Of a stretch of DNA of 64,000 bases, positions 1-7,852 are shown piece after piece. Each line of letters starts with the position of its first letter. Position 1 is the stretch's first letter. Under the pieces are notes generated by a model that saw only the letters and a program-made list of their open reading frames with translations, was not told the origin of the DNA and made no database searches. The DNA comes from a virus (Duplodnaviria > Heunggongvirae > Uroviricota > Caudoviricetes), in IMG/VR virus record IMGVR_UViG_3300037067_008629, positions 22,078 to 86,077 of that record. One strand, 5' to 3'. Position numbers and translations under genes: made by a program.

Positions 1-278
1 TCATAATACATTAACTTATCTATAACCATAGTTTTTAAACTTCCAACAGTCCAAAAAAATTGTCCTGGAGGACCACCACAAAATTGAATGGGATTTACAT
101 GCTCAGCCAACAAATGTTCAAGTCCCCTACAATAATCCCATACTGAAATGGTATAGTTTCCACCTGGAGCACAAATAATAATCTTTTCTTGATCGCAATC
201 TAATTCAAGAAGTAAATCTCTCGCTGCTTCGACTGTTATATCCTCACAGTACTTTTCATACTCGGCTAGTGTTCTCAT
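1..278 (-). CDS. GGPP-motif small protein, paralog 1 (C-terminus cut by window edge)
   Basis: Minus-strand ATG at 278 overlaps the stop of the next gene (ATGA). Translation reads MRTLAEYEKYCEDITVEAARDLL...NPIQFCGGPPGQFFWTVGSLKTMVIDKL. It shares the F-x-GGPP...(W/Y)-x-G-(T/S)-L motif with the next five genes. Confidence 0.5.
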   Translation of the reverse strand, partial: MRTLAEYEKYCEDITVEAARDLLLELDCDQEKIIICAPGGNYTISVWDYCRGLEHLLAEHVNPIQFCGGPPGQFFWTVGSLKTMVIDKLMYY

Positions 279-604
279 GCTGTCTGTCCCGCTAATTTTA
301 GAATCTTAGCCACAGTTTTCTTATCACCTTTTATATAGGCAAACATAAAATGATCTAAAAACATAGTGAACAAATTTCCATCCCACCAACGACCTACTGG
401 ACCACCAAAGAACCGTAACTCTACTGCTTTAGCTGGCCATAATCCTACAACATCCATATTATCATATAGATCAGCTAGTGCAAAACATGTACCGTCTACG
501 TATACTCTGGCCTGGGATGCTCCAAAGGTCCAACAAAGTCCATCTAAAGCATCTATGGCTGTCATATCTCCAAATAGATTTTCAAGCTGTTTGAAGTTTA
601 TCAT
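275..604 (-). CDS. GGPP-motif small protein, paralog 2
   Basis: 109-aa ORF. The motif is RFFGGPVGRWWDGNLFTMFLDH. It is one of a tandem array of about 110-aa paralogs. Confidence 0.55.
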   Translation of the reverse strand: MINFKQLENLFGDMTAIDALDGLCWTFGASQARVYVDGTCFALADLYDNMDVVGLWPAKAVELRFFGGPVGRWWDGNLFTMFLDHFMFAYIKGDKKTVAKILKLAGQTA

Positions 605-920
605 CTATCACCATATCAGTATAGTACCCTTTAGTTGACCAAGCGTGAAGAACCAAATCACAGACCCAAGTTAATAGAGTTCCACGATAAAATTGTCGCT
701 TATCGGGCGGACCACCCCAGAATTCAATAGGAGAAATTTCTTCTGCACTGATTCGATCTGCGCCAGGTAACTTTAAGATATTCTTAGCACAACTCTTACG
801 ATCAGTAAGAATATACGTAAAGAGGGTAGCCCCCTCATTAAATTCATTACAGACCAATTCGGCGGCCTCTTTAGCTGTTAGGCCATCTAGCTCTCGACGC
901 AATTTATCGTCAATCTTCAT
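582..920 (-). CDS. GGPP-motif small protein, paralog 3
   Basis: 112-aa ORF. The motif is EFWGGPPDKRQFYRGTLLTWVCD. Confidence 0.55.
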   Translation of the reverse strand: MKIDDKLRRELDGLTAKEAAELVCNEFNEGATLFTYILTDRKSCAKNILKLPGADRISAEEISPIEFWGGPPDKRQFYRGTLLTWVCDLVLHAWSTKGYYTDMVIDDKLQTA

Positions 921-971
921 ACTCTATTATACCATAAATAATCACAAAGTCAAATTCCCTTGATTCCAATA

Positions 972-1337
972 TTACGTAGCATCAAATACTCTCTTTATTT
1001 TAGATTGAATAGCAGAGTATCCATCAGTTAGAATATAATTGGCTATATGATCTAACAAAAAGGTCCAAACAGTTCCATTATACCAAGCACCACGTCCTAA
1101 AGGACCACCCACGAAGCGAATCTTAACATTGTGTGTATGAACTAGTGATGAGTAATGTGACACAAGTGTTTTGATTGTTGCTTGCTTTCCTTGCCATACA
1201 AAATCTTCATTCTCGCAACCAATCGCTTTACAAATAGCATAAGCTTCATCAATATCAATTGGTTTATACCGAGATAAAATAAAACTCGCAGCCCTTAATG
1301 GGTGCCTACAAGCAATAGTTTGTAAAGATGTCCCCAT
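972..1337 (-). CDS. GGPP-motif small protein, paralog 4
   Basis: 121-aa ORF. The motif is RFVGGPLGRGAWYNGTVWTFLLDH. Confidence 0.55.
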   Translation of the reverse strand: MGTSLQTIACRHPLRAASFILSRYKPIDIDEAYAICKAIGCENEDFVWQGKQATIKTLVSHYSSLVHTHNVKIRFVGGPLGRGAWYNGTVWTFLLDHIANYILTDGYSAIQSKIKRVFDAT

Positions 1338-1690
1338 TATAATTCAACATTTAAAAAACGGGCCAAAAGATTCTGGTTTCCTTCAACATAAGCATTTAAA
1401 ATTTTATCAATAATTAAAGTCAATAAAGTGCCATCGTACCAAGCAATTTTATTTGGTGGGCCGCCACTGAACTTAAGTGGCCCAACCTCCCTTGCAAGTA
1501 GGTATTCAATTCCAGGAAAATCTTTCGCCAACTTTTCTGGCATCGTATGAAGTCCATTTAATACTATCAAGTTGCGACTAGCATTAAAAGTATAATGCAA
1601 ATAGTTGATTACACGCATCGCCTTAATATTCTGCAACCGCATCATTAATTGGGCCTGCATTTCAGTCTCTTTAATAATATCTACAACCAT
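1337..1690 (-). CDS. GGPP-motif small protein, paralog 6 (internal start of track ORF 1337..2032)
   Basis: The C-terminal ~110 aa of the 231-aa track ORF carry KFSGGPPNKIAWYDGTLLTLIIDK. Upstream of about 1700 that frame overlaps paralog 5, which occupies another frame. The real start is probably the Met at 1690 (or 1660), giving a ~110-aa product like its neighbours. Confidence 0.45.
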   Translation of the reverse strand: MVVDIIKETEMQAQLMMRLQNIKAMRVINYLHYTFNASRNLIVLNGLHTMPEKLAKDFPGIEYLLAREVGPLKFSGGPPNKIAWYDGTLLTLIIDKILNAYVEGNQNLLARFLNVEL

Positions 1691-2025
1691 ACGTGTATCT
1701 TTTCCTGCTCCGGAATCCCCAGTACTCGACTCAGTTGTTTCACTGAATGCTGGCATAAATAATCGTAAATCCGGTCTAACAATAGTGTCTGTAAATTTCC
1801 CTTGTAGTACCCCAGTTTGTTGGGTGGGCCACCCCAAAAAGTGAAACGGGAAGTTTTGTTCGCTGGTAGCCAAGCCACATCGTCCATTTTCACCCAATCT
1901 TTGATGTAAACAATTTGACCCTGGAGATACACAAAAATTTCGATATGACCGAGTGCGCTTAGGATATTGTAGCATTTTGGAGCGCTTATCTCTTCTAGTT
2001 TTTCTAAAATATGCTCTGGAACCAT
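1681..2025 (-). CDS. GGPP-motif small protein, paralog 5
   Basis: 114-aa ORF. The motif is FTFWGGPPNKLGYYKGNLQTLLLDR. Confidence 0.55.
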   Translation of the reverse strand: MVPEHILEKLEEISAPKCYNILSALGHIEIFVYLQGQIVYIKDWVKMDDVAWLPANKTSRFTFWGGPPNKLGYYKGNLQTLLLDRIYDYLCQHSVKQLSRVLGIPEQEKIHVWL

Positions 2026-2028
2026 TAT

Positions 2029-2439
2029 TCATTTAGCTAAAGATTTTAATTCTTCAATCATTGTGACTCGCAGACCATTAAGTTCTGGAGTAATTGTTTT
2101 CCATTCTTCATTCTTAAGACGAAACTGTGAAACACTCATCCATTTATTACAAAACGCAGATAGTTCGGTTTCGGAAACACTAAGATTATCTGCTACCCAA
2201 CGTTCTGGGCAGGTTAATTCGCAGTGTGCAAAAAATGCTTTGCATCCTTCTTTTAACCATCTTTGATATTCAGGAGTACCTTGTAACGAAGTTCCTAGTA
2301 AATTTGCTAGACGGCGAGCAATTAAGGTTCTACTTGGTTCTGAAATATCACCTTTTAATTCTGCAACAAATTCCGCAAGATTAGCTAATCTAAGCATTAT
2401 CACTCCAATTATACTGATCATAAAATGATGAAGTACCAC
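2029..2439 (-). CDS. hypothetical protein
   Basis: 136-aa ORF packed tightly against its neighbours. I recognise no motif. Confidence 0.4.
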   Translation of the reverse strand: MVLHHFMISIIGVIMLRLANLAEFVAELKGDISEPSRTLIARRLANLLGTSLQGTPEYQRWLKEGCKAFFAHCELTCPERWVADNLSVSETELSAFCNKWMSVSQFRLKNEEWKTITPELNGLRVTMIEELKSLAK

Positions 2440-3352
2440 ACTCTGTATTCCCGGCCATTGTTAAAATAGCACTTCTTGGACAACGACTAAATGTTCGATA
2501 ACCACAAAGATGTGCAAAGGCACGCGAGCCAGGAGTACCGGGTTGTTTGTTTATAAACTTGGCAAGCTTGCGTCGTAATCCCCGTTTTAATAAATGATTT
2601 CGATGCTTCTTAAGAGGTTGATCATCATATACCCAGTGTGGCTTAGTCCAAGGACCTCGGACAACAAGCGTCTTCAGATAGTCTAATACCTTATTATTGC
2701 CACCACGACGTACATATTCTTCCGAGACATAAATTCCATAACGAATTAATGCTTGTTCATAACCACGCCAAACTTCGGCCCCATCTTGATGTTCGTCAGA
2801 GTATTTAAGATACTTTAAAATTCGTAGTACCGCAATCTGTGCGGCCTTTAATTCAGGAGTATCTAAGCAACCAGCACATTTCTGAAAACTATGGTATGGA
2901 ATAAACACTTGATATTGTCTATTACGCATCTGACGATCAGATGCTGGTCCCAATAAACTTCGATCAGGTTCTGCCGTCCATGAATTCCGACCAGTCACTG
3001 CCTGTGTGGTCGTAAAACCCTGGGATGCAGACCAGTTAACAGGCCGGTGCTCTGGTCTTCCACCATATAATGCAAGGTAGATATCTCGTGCGGATCGTTG
3101 ATCTGAATCATCACTAAAACCGATACCTGGATTCTGTAACTGATAATATGTCCCTATTGGCTGGGCTACATCAAGTCCAGGGCGCATATCATTTTCAGGA
3201 ACCATTACAGTAAGTTCAGGAACTCCTTGTGCAAACGAGTTACGGACCTGATGTTCCCATGTATCTCGGTAATCAGATGATAAACCTTGATACCAGTTGT
3301 AGATTGCCGGATAAGACCGCAAATATTCTTGAAAAGTTACAGGTCTAGGCAT
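2390..3352 (-). CDS. hypothetical protein
   Basis: 320-aa ORF. I recognise no family signature. Confidence 0.45.
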   Translation of the reverse strand: MPRPVTFQEYLRSYPAIYNWYQGLSSDYRDTWEHQVRNSFAQGVPELTVMVPENDMRPGLDVAQPIGTYYQLQNPGIGFSDDSDQRSARDIYLALYGGRPEHRPVNWSASQGFTTTQAVTGRNSWTAEPDRSLLGPASDRQMRNRQYQVFIPYHSFQKCAGCLDTPELKAAQIAVLRILKYLKYSDEHQDGAEVWRGYEQALIRYGIYVSEEYVRRGGNNKVLDYLKTLVVRGPWTKPHWVYDDQPLKKHRNHLLKRGLRRKLAKFINKQPGTPGSRAFAHLCGYRTFSRCPRSAILTMAGNTECGTSSFYDQYNWSDNA

Positions 3353-3645
3353 TATACTCTCACCATAGAATAGAGGGGAAGGGAAGCATCACGAGGATAC
3401 GATCTCATTGGATTATGATTTTCCCCTGATCTTGTTCGATTAATTAATCTAAATAAACCATTATCAGAGCTAATTAAAAGTTCAACTGTCTCAATTCCGT
3501 CGTCGTCAATTTCACTTGTTTCAATATAAGTTGTCCCACTTTTAAGTTCAAGGACTTTAAAAGTTTTATTCACATCTATTTGTTTCACTATATACACGGC
3601 TACTAGATCGTGCAACCTCTGTCGAGTAGATTCTAAAGTCATCAT
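3352..3645 (-). CDS. hypothetical protein
   Basis: 97-aa ORF with start-stop coupling to both neighbours. Confidence 0.4.
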   Translation of the reverse strand: MMTLESTRQRLHDLVAVYIVKQIDVNKTFKVLELKSGTTYIETSEIDDDGIETVELLISSDNGLFRLINRTRSGENHNPMRSYPRDASLPLYSMVRV

Positions 3646-4145
3646 ATTTCATTCCTTTGTAGTGGACGACTACGAAGCCGGAGATAAGTAATCATTGATT
3701 CATTATCTCTTGGTTTCTTTATAACTGGTAATTCAGTTTCTGGGCAATCAAGAATCGTAGCACCATGAGCTTTTAGCAATTCGACAACCCACCACTCATT
3801 TGCTGTATGTATGTCTCCACATTTGCATGCACCAGATAAAACATCACAGTTTTCATGCCCCGTAACTTTAAGCCAGTATCTTGGAATATAAACTTTCCCA
3901 TTTTTTATTTGCAGATTAATCGTTTCAATCGTTGCACCATAGTATGATAAAGCCTCTTGTACAAATCCATCAGTTTCTTGATGAACACCACCACAGGCAC
4001 AAGGTCCAACTAACATATCACATCGAGTACGGTATCGGGCTGTTCCGTCAACCATACGCTTCTCGAAATGCTTAGGATAGGGGACAAATCCGCTATCTGG
4101 TCGGCGTTTAAGAATTTGATCTGGCATACTGTAAGTATACACCAT
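3642..4145 (-). CDS. hypothetical protein with duplicated Cys/His motif
   Basis: Two copies of C-x-x-L-x-G-x-C-x-C-G-x-x-H: GPCACGGVHQ and GACKCGDIHT. This looks like a putative metal-binding module. Confidence 0.4.
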   Translation of the reverse strand: MVYTYSMPDQILKRRPDSGFVPYPKHFEKRMVDGTARYRTRCDMLVGPCACGGVHQETDGFVQEALSYYGATIETINLQIKNGKVYIPRYWLKVTGHENCDVLSGACKCGDIHTANEWWVVELLKAHGATILDCPETELPVIKKPRDNESMITYLRLRSRPLQRNEI

Positions 4146-4196
4146 AAGGCATGGTTGTCAAATTAAATATTTAAGATTGCTGTAAAGCTATATAAA

Positions 4197-4409
4197 TTAA
4201 CGATTTATGGCCCTAAACTTAAAAGTGTAATTCTTAAATTTATAGTTGGCAAAACGTCTTTGAATGGCTTCTAAAGCTTGATCTCGCGCTTTTTCAGTCT
4301 CATACCAGGAATCAGATGCCCAATTATTACTAAAATTGGACCAAGATTCAATGCCAAAACGTTTCTTTTTAGACTTTTTCTTGTATCGGAGTTCTTCGGG
4401 GTCTCTCAT
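4197..4409 (-). CDS. small basic hypothetical protein
   Basis: 70 aa and Lys-rich (YKKKSKKKRFG). Confidence 0.3.
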   Translation of the reverse strand: MRDPEELRYKKKSKKKRFGIESWSNFSNNWASDSWYETEKARDQALEAIQRRFANYKFKNYTFKFRAINR

Positions 4410-5401
4410 CTAACCCTCACAAACGAGCAACATTTGCTAAAATCTTTCAGGCTACTACATCCAACGTAGGTGCAGGCTGATCGAAGGCCGCCAGCTATTT
4501 CCAATAAGATAAGATTTACTGGACCCTTGCTTGGCACTATGGAACATCGTCCCTCAGATGCTGCATACTCTGGGATGCCACCATAATACTTTTCTTGTGC
4601 TTCTTGGCTTGACATCCCGTAGACTTTTAAACCATCTTCAGTCCATGTGCCTTCACATTCTATAGCTCCTGCAACCATCCCACCAAGCATTACAAAATCG
4701 GCTCCCGCTCCAAAACACTTGGCAATATCTCCAGAGGTCTGACAACCCCCATCAGCCATGACTAATCCGCCAAGCCCGTGAGCAGCGTCCGCTGATTCTA
4801 TAACAGCACTCAGCTGTGGATAGCCGACTCCTGTTACTTTTCTAGTCTCACAAAACCGCCCAGGGCCTATTCCCACCTTAACTACATCAGCACCAGCGAG
4901 AATCAATTCTTGGGTCATTTCTGGAACTGCAACATTTCCAGCAACAAGCATACAATCAGGATATAATTCGCGTAGCTTCTGTACCTTTTGAACAAAATAT
5001 TTTGTATGGCCATTCGCAGCGTCCAGACAAATTCTTGGTAGCGGATGACCTAATTGAGTTATAAGTTCTTCAAGTTTATTTAAATCTTCATCTTTGAGTC
5101 CTAGAGTATAGAATAAATAATCTGTATAAGAAGATGCAAATATTTTTTTAAGATTCTCTAAACTATAAAACTTATGTAGAGCACAGCAAGCTTTTAGTTG
5201 CCAGAGTTCTTTTGCAATTCCACAGCATCCCGTGACATCCATGTTGGAAGCACAAATTGGAAGGCAAGTGAATGTCTTCTTAGAATGAAGTAGCTTAAAT
5301 GTTCTAACTAACTCAACACTCTTACGACTGGGAGCATCGCTCCGTTTAGGTCGGATCAAAACATCATCAAAATCGAGTTTAATTCCCTCTTCAATTCTCA
5401 T
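4406..5401 (-). CDS. guaC: GMP reductase (IMPDH/GMPR family)
   Basis: [39 protein letters not shown]...[10 protein letters not shown] is a near-verbatim match to the E. coli GuaC active-site region (GIGPGSVCTTR...[22 protein letters not shown]), including the catalytic Cys. The 331-aa length has no CBS insert, which favours GMP reductase over IMPDH. Confidence 0.8.
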   Translation of the reverse strand: [331 protein letters not shown]

Positions 5402-5651
5402 AATTACCTTTTAATAAAAAGCCAATAATAAATAGTATACCGCTTAGTGGGATTGTAAAAAATAGAAGCCATGGCATCATACACATGTCATAAAGAATAC
5501 CACCAATATCTACATTAACAACCTCTGGCCCTCGTGCAGTTAAATGTACGCCCAGTGATCCGGCAATAGTACAAGCTAGCCAGCAACTTGCCACTGGTCC
5601 CAGTATGCCAAGAATCGCTAATACTATGCAAATAGTCCCAATCTTTTTCAT
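5391..5651 (-). CDS. small membrane protein
   Basis: 86 aa with two to three hydrophobic helices. Confidence 0.4.
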   Translation of the reverse strand: MKKIGTICIVLAILGILGPVASCWLACTIAGSLGVHLTARGPEVVNVDIGGILYDMCMMPWLLFFTIPLSGILFIIGFLLKGNYEN

Positions 5652-6061
5652 TCATCACTCCAGGGGAAGTTTAACCATAAAGGTGGTTTTTCTTGTAGAT
5701 AGTAAGTTGGCTTATAACTGCCTTCTTTCCAAAATAAAACTGCTGTGTCATGTTTACCAAAATGCTTTTCGCAAGTCTGCATCGTGTAACCGCCATCAAT
5801 TAAATCATCAACAATTAAGCAAGGTCCTTCAGGCAACTGACCTTCAATAATCGGAATTTCGCGTGGTGTATGGCCATTATAATGGCTAATTCGTATCTCT
5901 GCATGAGGAATCTCTAACTTCGCAGCTAATGGCTTGGAAATGTGCAATCCACCATTAGCAATTCCAACAACATGCTGGTATCTTGATTTATGTGGCAAGA
6001 TTAAACTTGCCAGATAGGCGATCATTATATCAACTTGCCAAGATTGTAGATTTAAGAACAT
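5648..6061 (-). CDS. gpt: xanthine-guanine phosphoribosyltransferase-like (type I PRTase)
   Basis: The PRPP-binding motif is CLIVDDLIDGGYT. Length and layout resemble E. coli Gpt (VVGIANGGL...; C-terminal WLNFPW against WIEQPW). Confidence 0.65.
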   Translation of the reverse strand: MFLNLQSWQVDIMIAYLASLILPHKSRYQHVVGIANGGLHISKPLAAKLEIPHAEIRISHYNGHTPREIPIIEGQLPEGPCLIVDDLIDGGYTMQTCEKHFGKHDTAVLFWKEGSYKPTYYLQEKPPLWLNFPWSDE

Positions 6062-7113
6062 TAATCTACTCCAAATCTTTTGCGGGTATCATTAAGAGCG
6101 GCATTAGCTTCCGTCGTGGTATTAAAAGCCCCTAAAGTATATTTTCTACCTTGAATTTTAATCTCGGCAATATATTTTCCTCGTTGTTTATGGTACCAAA
6201 CACCTTTTATTCCAGTAGAACTATTTGTCTGGGCCCCACGATTATGCAAATTTCTTGATTTTGTGACAATTCGTAAATTGTCTCTGCGATTATCCAATGG
6301 GTCTTGATTTACATGGTCAATCGTCAAATTTGATTTTGCATTAGGGACTTCTAGTCCCATTCGTTGAATAATTTCTTGGTGCATATAGATTGTTTTAGTT
6401 TTTCCCTTAATTCGAGTCTTACGCATGGCTCGATAAACCTTACTCTGTGGCGTAACACACCAGCACCACTGGTTTAAATGCCGCCAATCTTCTGGACTTA
6501 TTTTTGCTTCAAATGATGGTGCCACTTTAATTGTATCAAGGTCATAAACCATTCCATAATCAAAGAATTTCCATCTATTATAAGTTTCGACCGAAGAATC
6601 ATATGCTACACTTCTTAGATAAGTATATAATTCTTTCCACTTGGAGAAAATCATTTGATGTGGAATAGTTGCCAGCAACCAATCTGGAGCCTCGGCCTTA
6701 CCCTGTTCACAATGCACCAAAATTGGCTTCCCCTCAGTATTAGCTCTAAATACCTCATTCCATGTCCCCACGGAGTAGGCATTAAAATCAATATGACAAA
6801 TAATAAAATCTGAAACATCGACCATTCTTAGATCAATATCTTTAATCGGCTGCATCATTTGCGTAGCCGTATCAAAGTGTCCTGCCCGTTTTTCAATTGA
6901 GCGTAGTTTCCGATGCTCAGAATCTTCGATACCTTCTGCAATCGGCTTCTGTATTGGGTCCATCCAAATAATACCTAAATCTTTCAAATCATGTTTGATT
7001 CGCTGTCGCCAGACTACTCCTCCATCCTTAACAAAATCCATCGGCCCAGCTAAATAACATCGGTTATAAAATAGCCTATTCATGTAATAACTCCGCCCAT
7101 TGTGAGGAACCAA
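6061..7113 (-). CDS. nucleoside 2-deoxyribosyltransferase/DNPH1-like domain fused in frame to an HNH-AP2 endonuclease domain
   Basis: The N-terminal half carries YLAGPMDF and GTWNEVFRANTEGKPILV, the PF05014-type signature with its catalytic Glu. The C-terminal roughly 150 aa carry an HNH motif (LTIDHVNQDPLDNRRDNLRIVTKSRNLH) followed by an AP2 domain (IKGVWYHKQRGKYIAEIKIQGRKYTLGAFNTTTEANAA). No stop codon separates the two parts. Confidence 0.6.
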   Translation of the reverse strand: MVPHNGRSYYMNRLFYNRCYLAGPMDFVKDGGVVWRQRIKHDLKDLGIIWMDPIQKPIAEGIEDSEHRKLRSIEKRAGHFDTATQMMQPIKDIDLRMVDVSDFIICHIDFNAYSVGTWNEVFRANTEGKPILVHCEQGKAEAPDWLLATIPHQMIFSKWKELYTYLRSVAYDSSVETYNRWKFFDYGMVYDLDTIKVAPSFEAKISPEDWRHLNQWCWCVTPQSKVYRAMRKTRIKGKTKTIYMHQEIIQRMGLEVPNAKSNLTIDHVNQDPLDNRRDNLRIVTKSRNLHNRGAQTNSSTGIKGVWYHKQRGKYIAEIKIQGRKYTLGAFNTTTEANAALNDTRKRFGVD

Positions 7114-7798
7114 TACGAGTACAACCGAGGTCTAAGTAATTTGCTACGTCATCATAAGAATGTATACCCCCGCTAGCTTTAATTTTTACATTAGTTCCTT
7201 CTAAAGCTTTTTTCATAGTTAAGATATCTTGTACACTTGCCCCACGAGTACCAAAACCAGTGGATGTTTTTACATAGTCTGCACCAGCATCGGCAGCTAT
7301 GAGACATGCTTGGGTAATCTGGTCTGGAGTTAAATAACAAGTTTCCAGAATTACTTTGAGAATTATTTCCTTACTTAACCAATCTATGCTAGCCCGAGTC
7401 TCATAAATATCATCGTGTACATAGTCCACGTCACCATTTAGGAGGGCTGCATAATTCATTACCATATCTATTTCAATAGCACCAGCTTTAATAGCTAATT
7501 GTGCTTCTTCACTTTTAGTAAAAGAATCATTACACCCAAGTGGAAATCCAACTACAGTTGAAATAGGCACTCGAAATCCAGCGGCCCAATAAATATAGCA
7601 CGGATGCACACAAACTGAAGCGAAGCCATTGGCTTTCGCCAGTAAACAAGCTTTTTGCACATCATGTGGGCTTGTAGTTGGCTTTAAAACCGCATAATCC
7701 AATGCAGCCGCTATTTGCTCATTAGAATACATAAGACTCCAATTGTTCAGATATTGAATTTCCAAGGTACAGTAATACCTGGCTGAGAAGCCAAGCAA
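7076..7798 (-). CDS. deoC: deoxyribose-phosphate aldolase
   Basis: DeoC-like TIM barrel with VKIKASGGIHSYDDV, ADYVKTSTGF and the conserved Lys positions. Length is 240 aa. Confidence 0.75.
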   Translation of the reverse strand: MLGFSARYYCTLEIQYLNNWSLMYSNEQIAAALDYAVLKPTTSPHDVQKACLLAKANGFASVCVHPCYIYWAAGFRVPISTVVGFPLGCNDSFTKSEEAQLAIKAGAIEIDMVMNYAALLNGDVDYVHDDIYETRASIDWLSKEIILKVILETCYLTPDQITQACLIAADAGADYVKTSTGFGTRGASVQDILTMKKALEGTNVKIKASGGIHSYDDVANYLDLGCTRIGSSQWAELLHE

Positions 7799-7852
7799 TA
7801 AATAATGTTATCCCACAGACTACAAAAAATAAAACCAGTTGGCTTAAAACTT

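Noticed and set aside
366-638. Plus-strand ORFs embedded in minus-strand genes (for example 366..638, 1605..1844, 2063..2266, 9495..9722, 20459..20845, 33618..34004, 61140..61436)
   Set aside because: They lie antisense to long minus-strand ORFs with clear protein-like content and readable motifs. Their translations are low-complexity, and they break the consistent leftward operon structure. They are most likely shadow ORFs.
1337-2032. A 231-aa protein spanning the whole track ORF 1337..2032
   Set aside because: The N-terminal 115 residues overlap paralog 5, which occupies another frame and has the conserved family motif. The ORF's own family motif sits only in its C-terminal ~110 aa, so an internal start near 1690 is more plausible.
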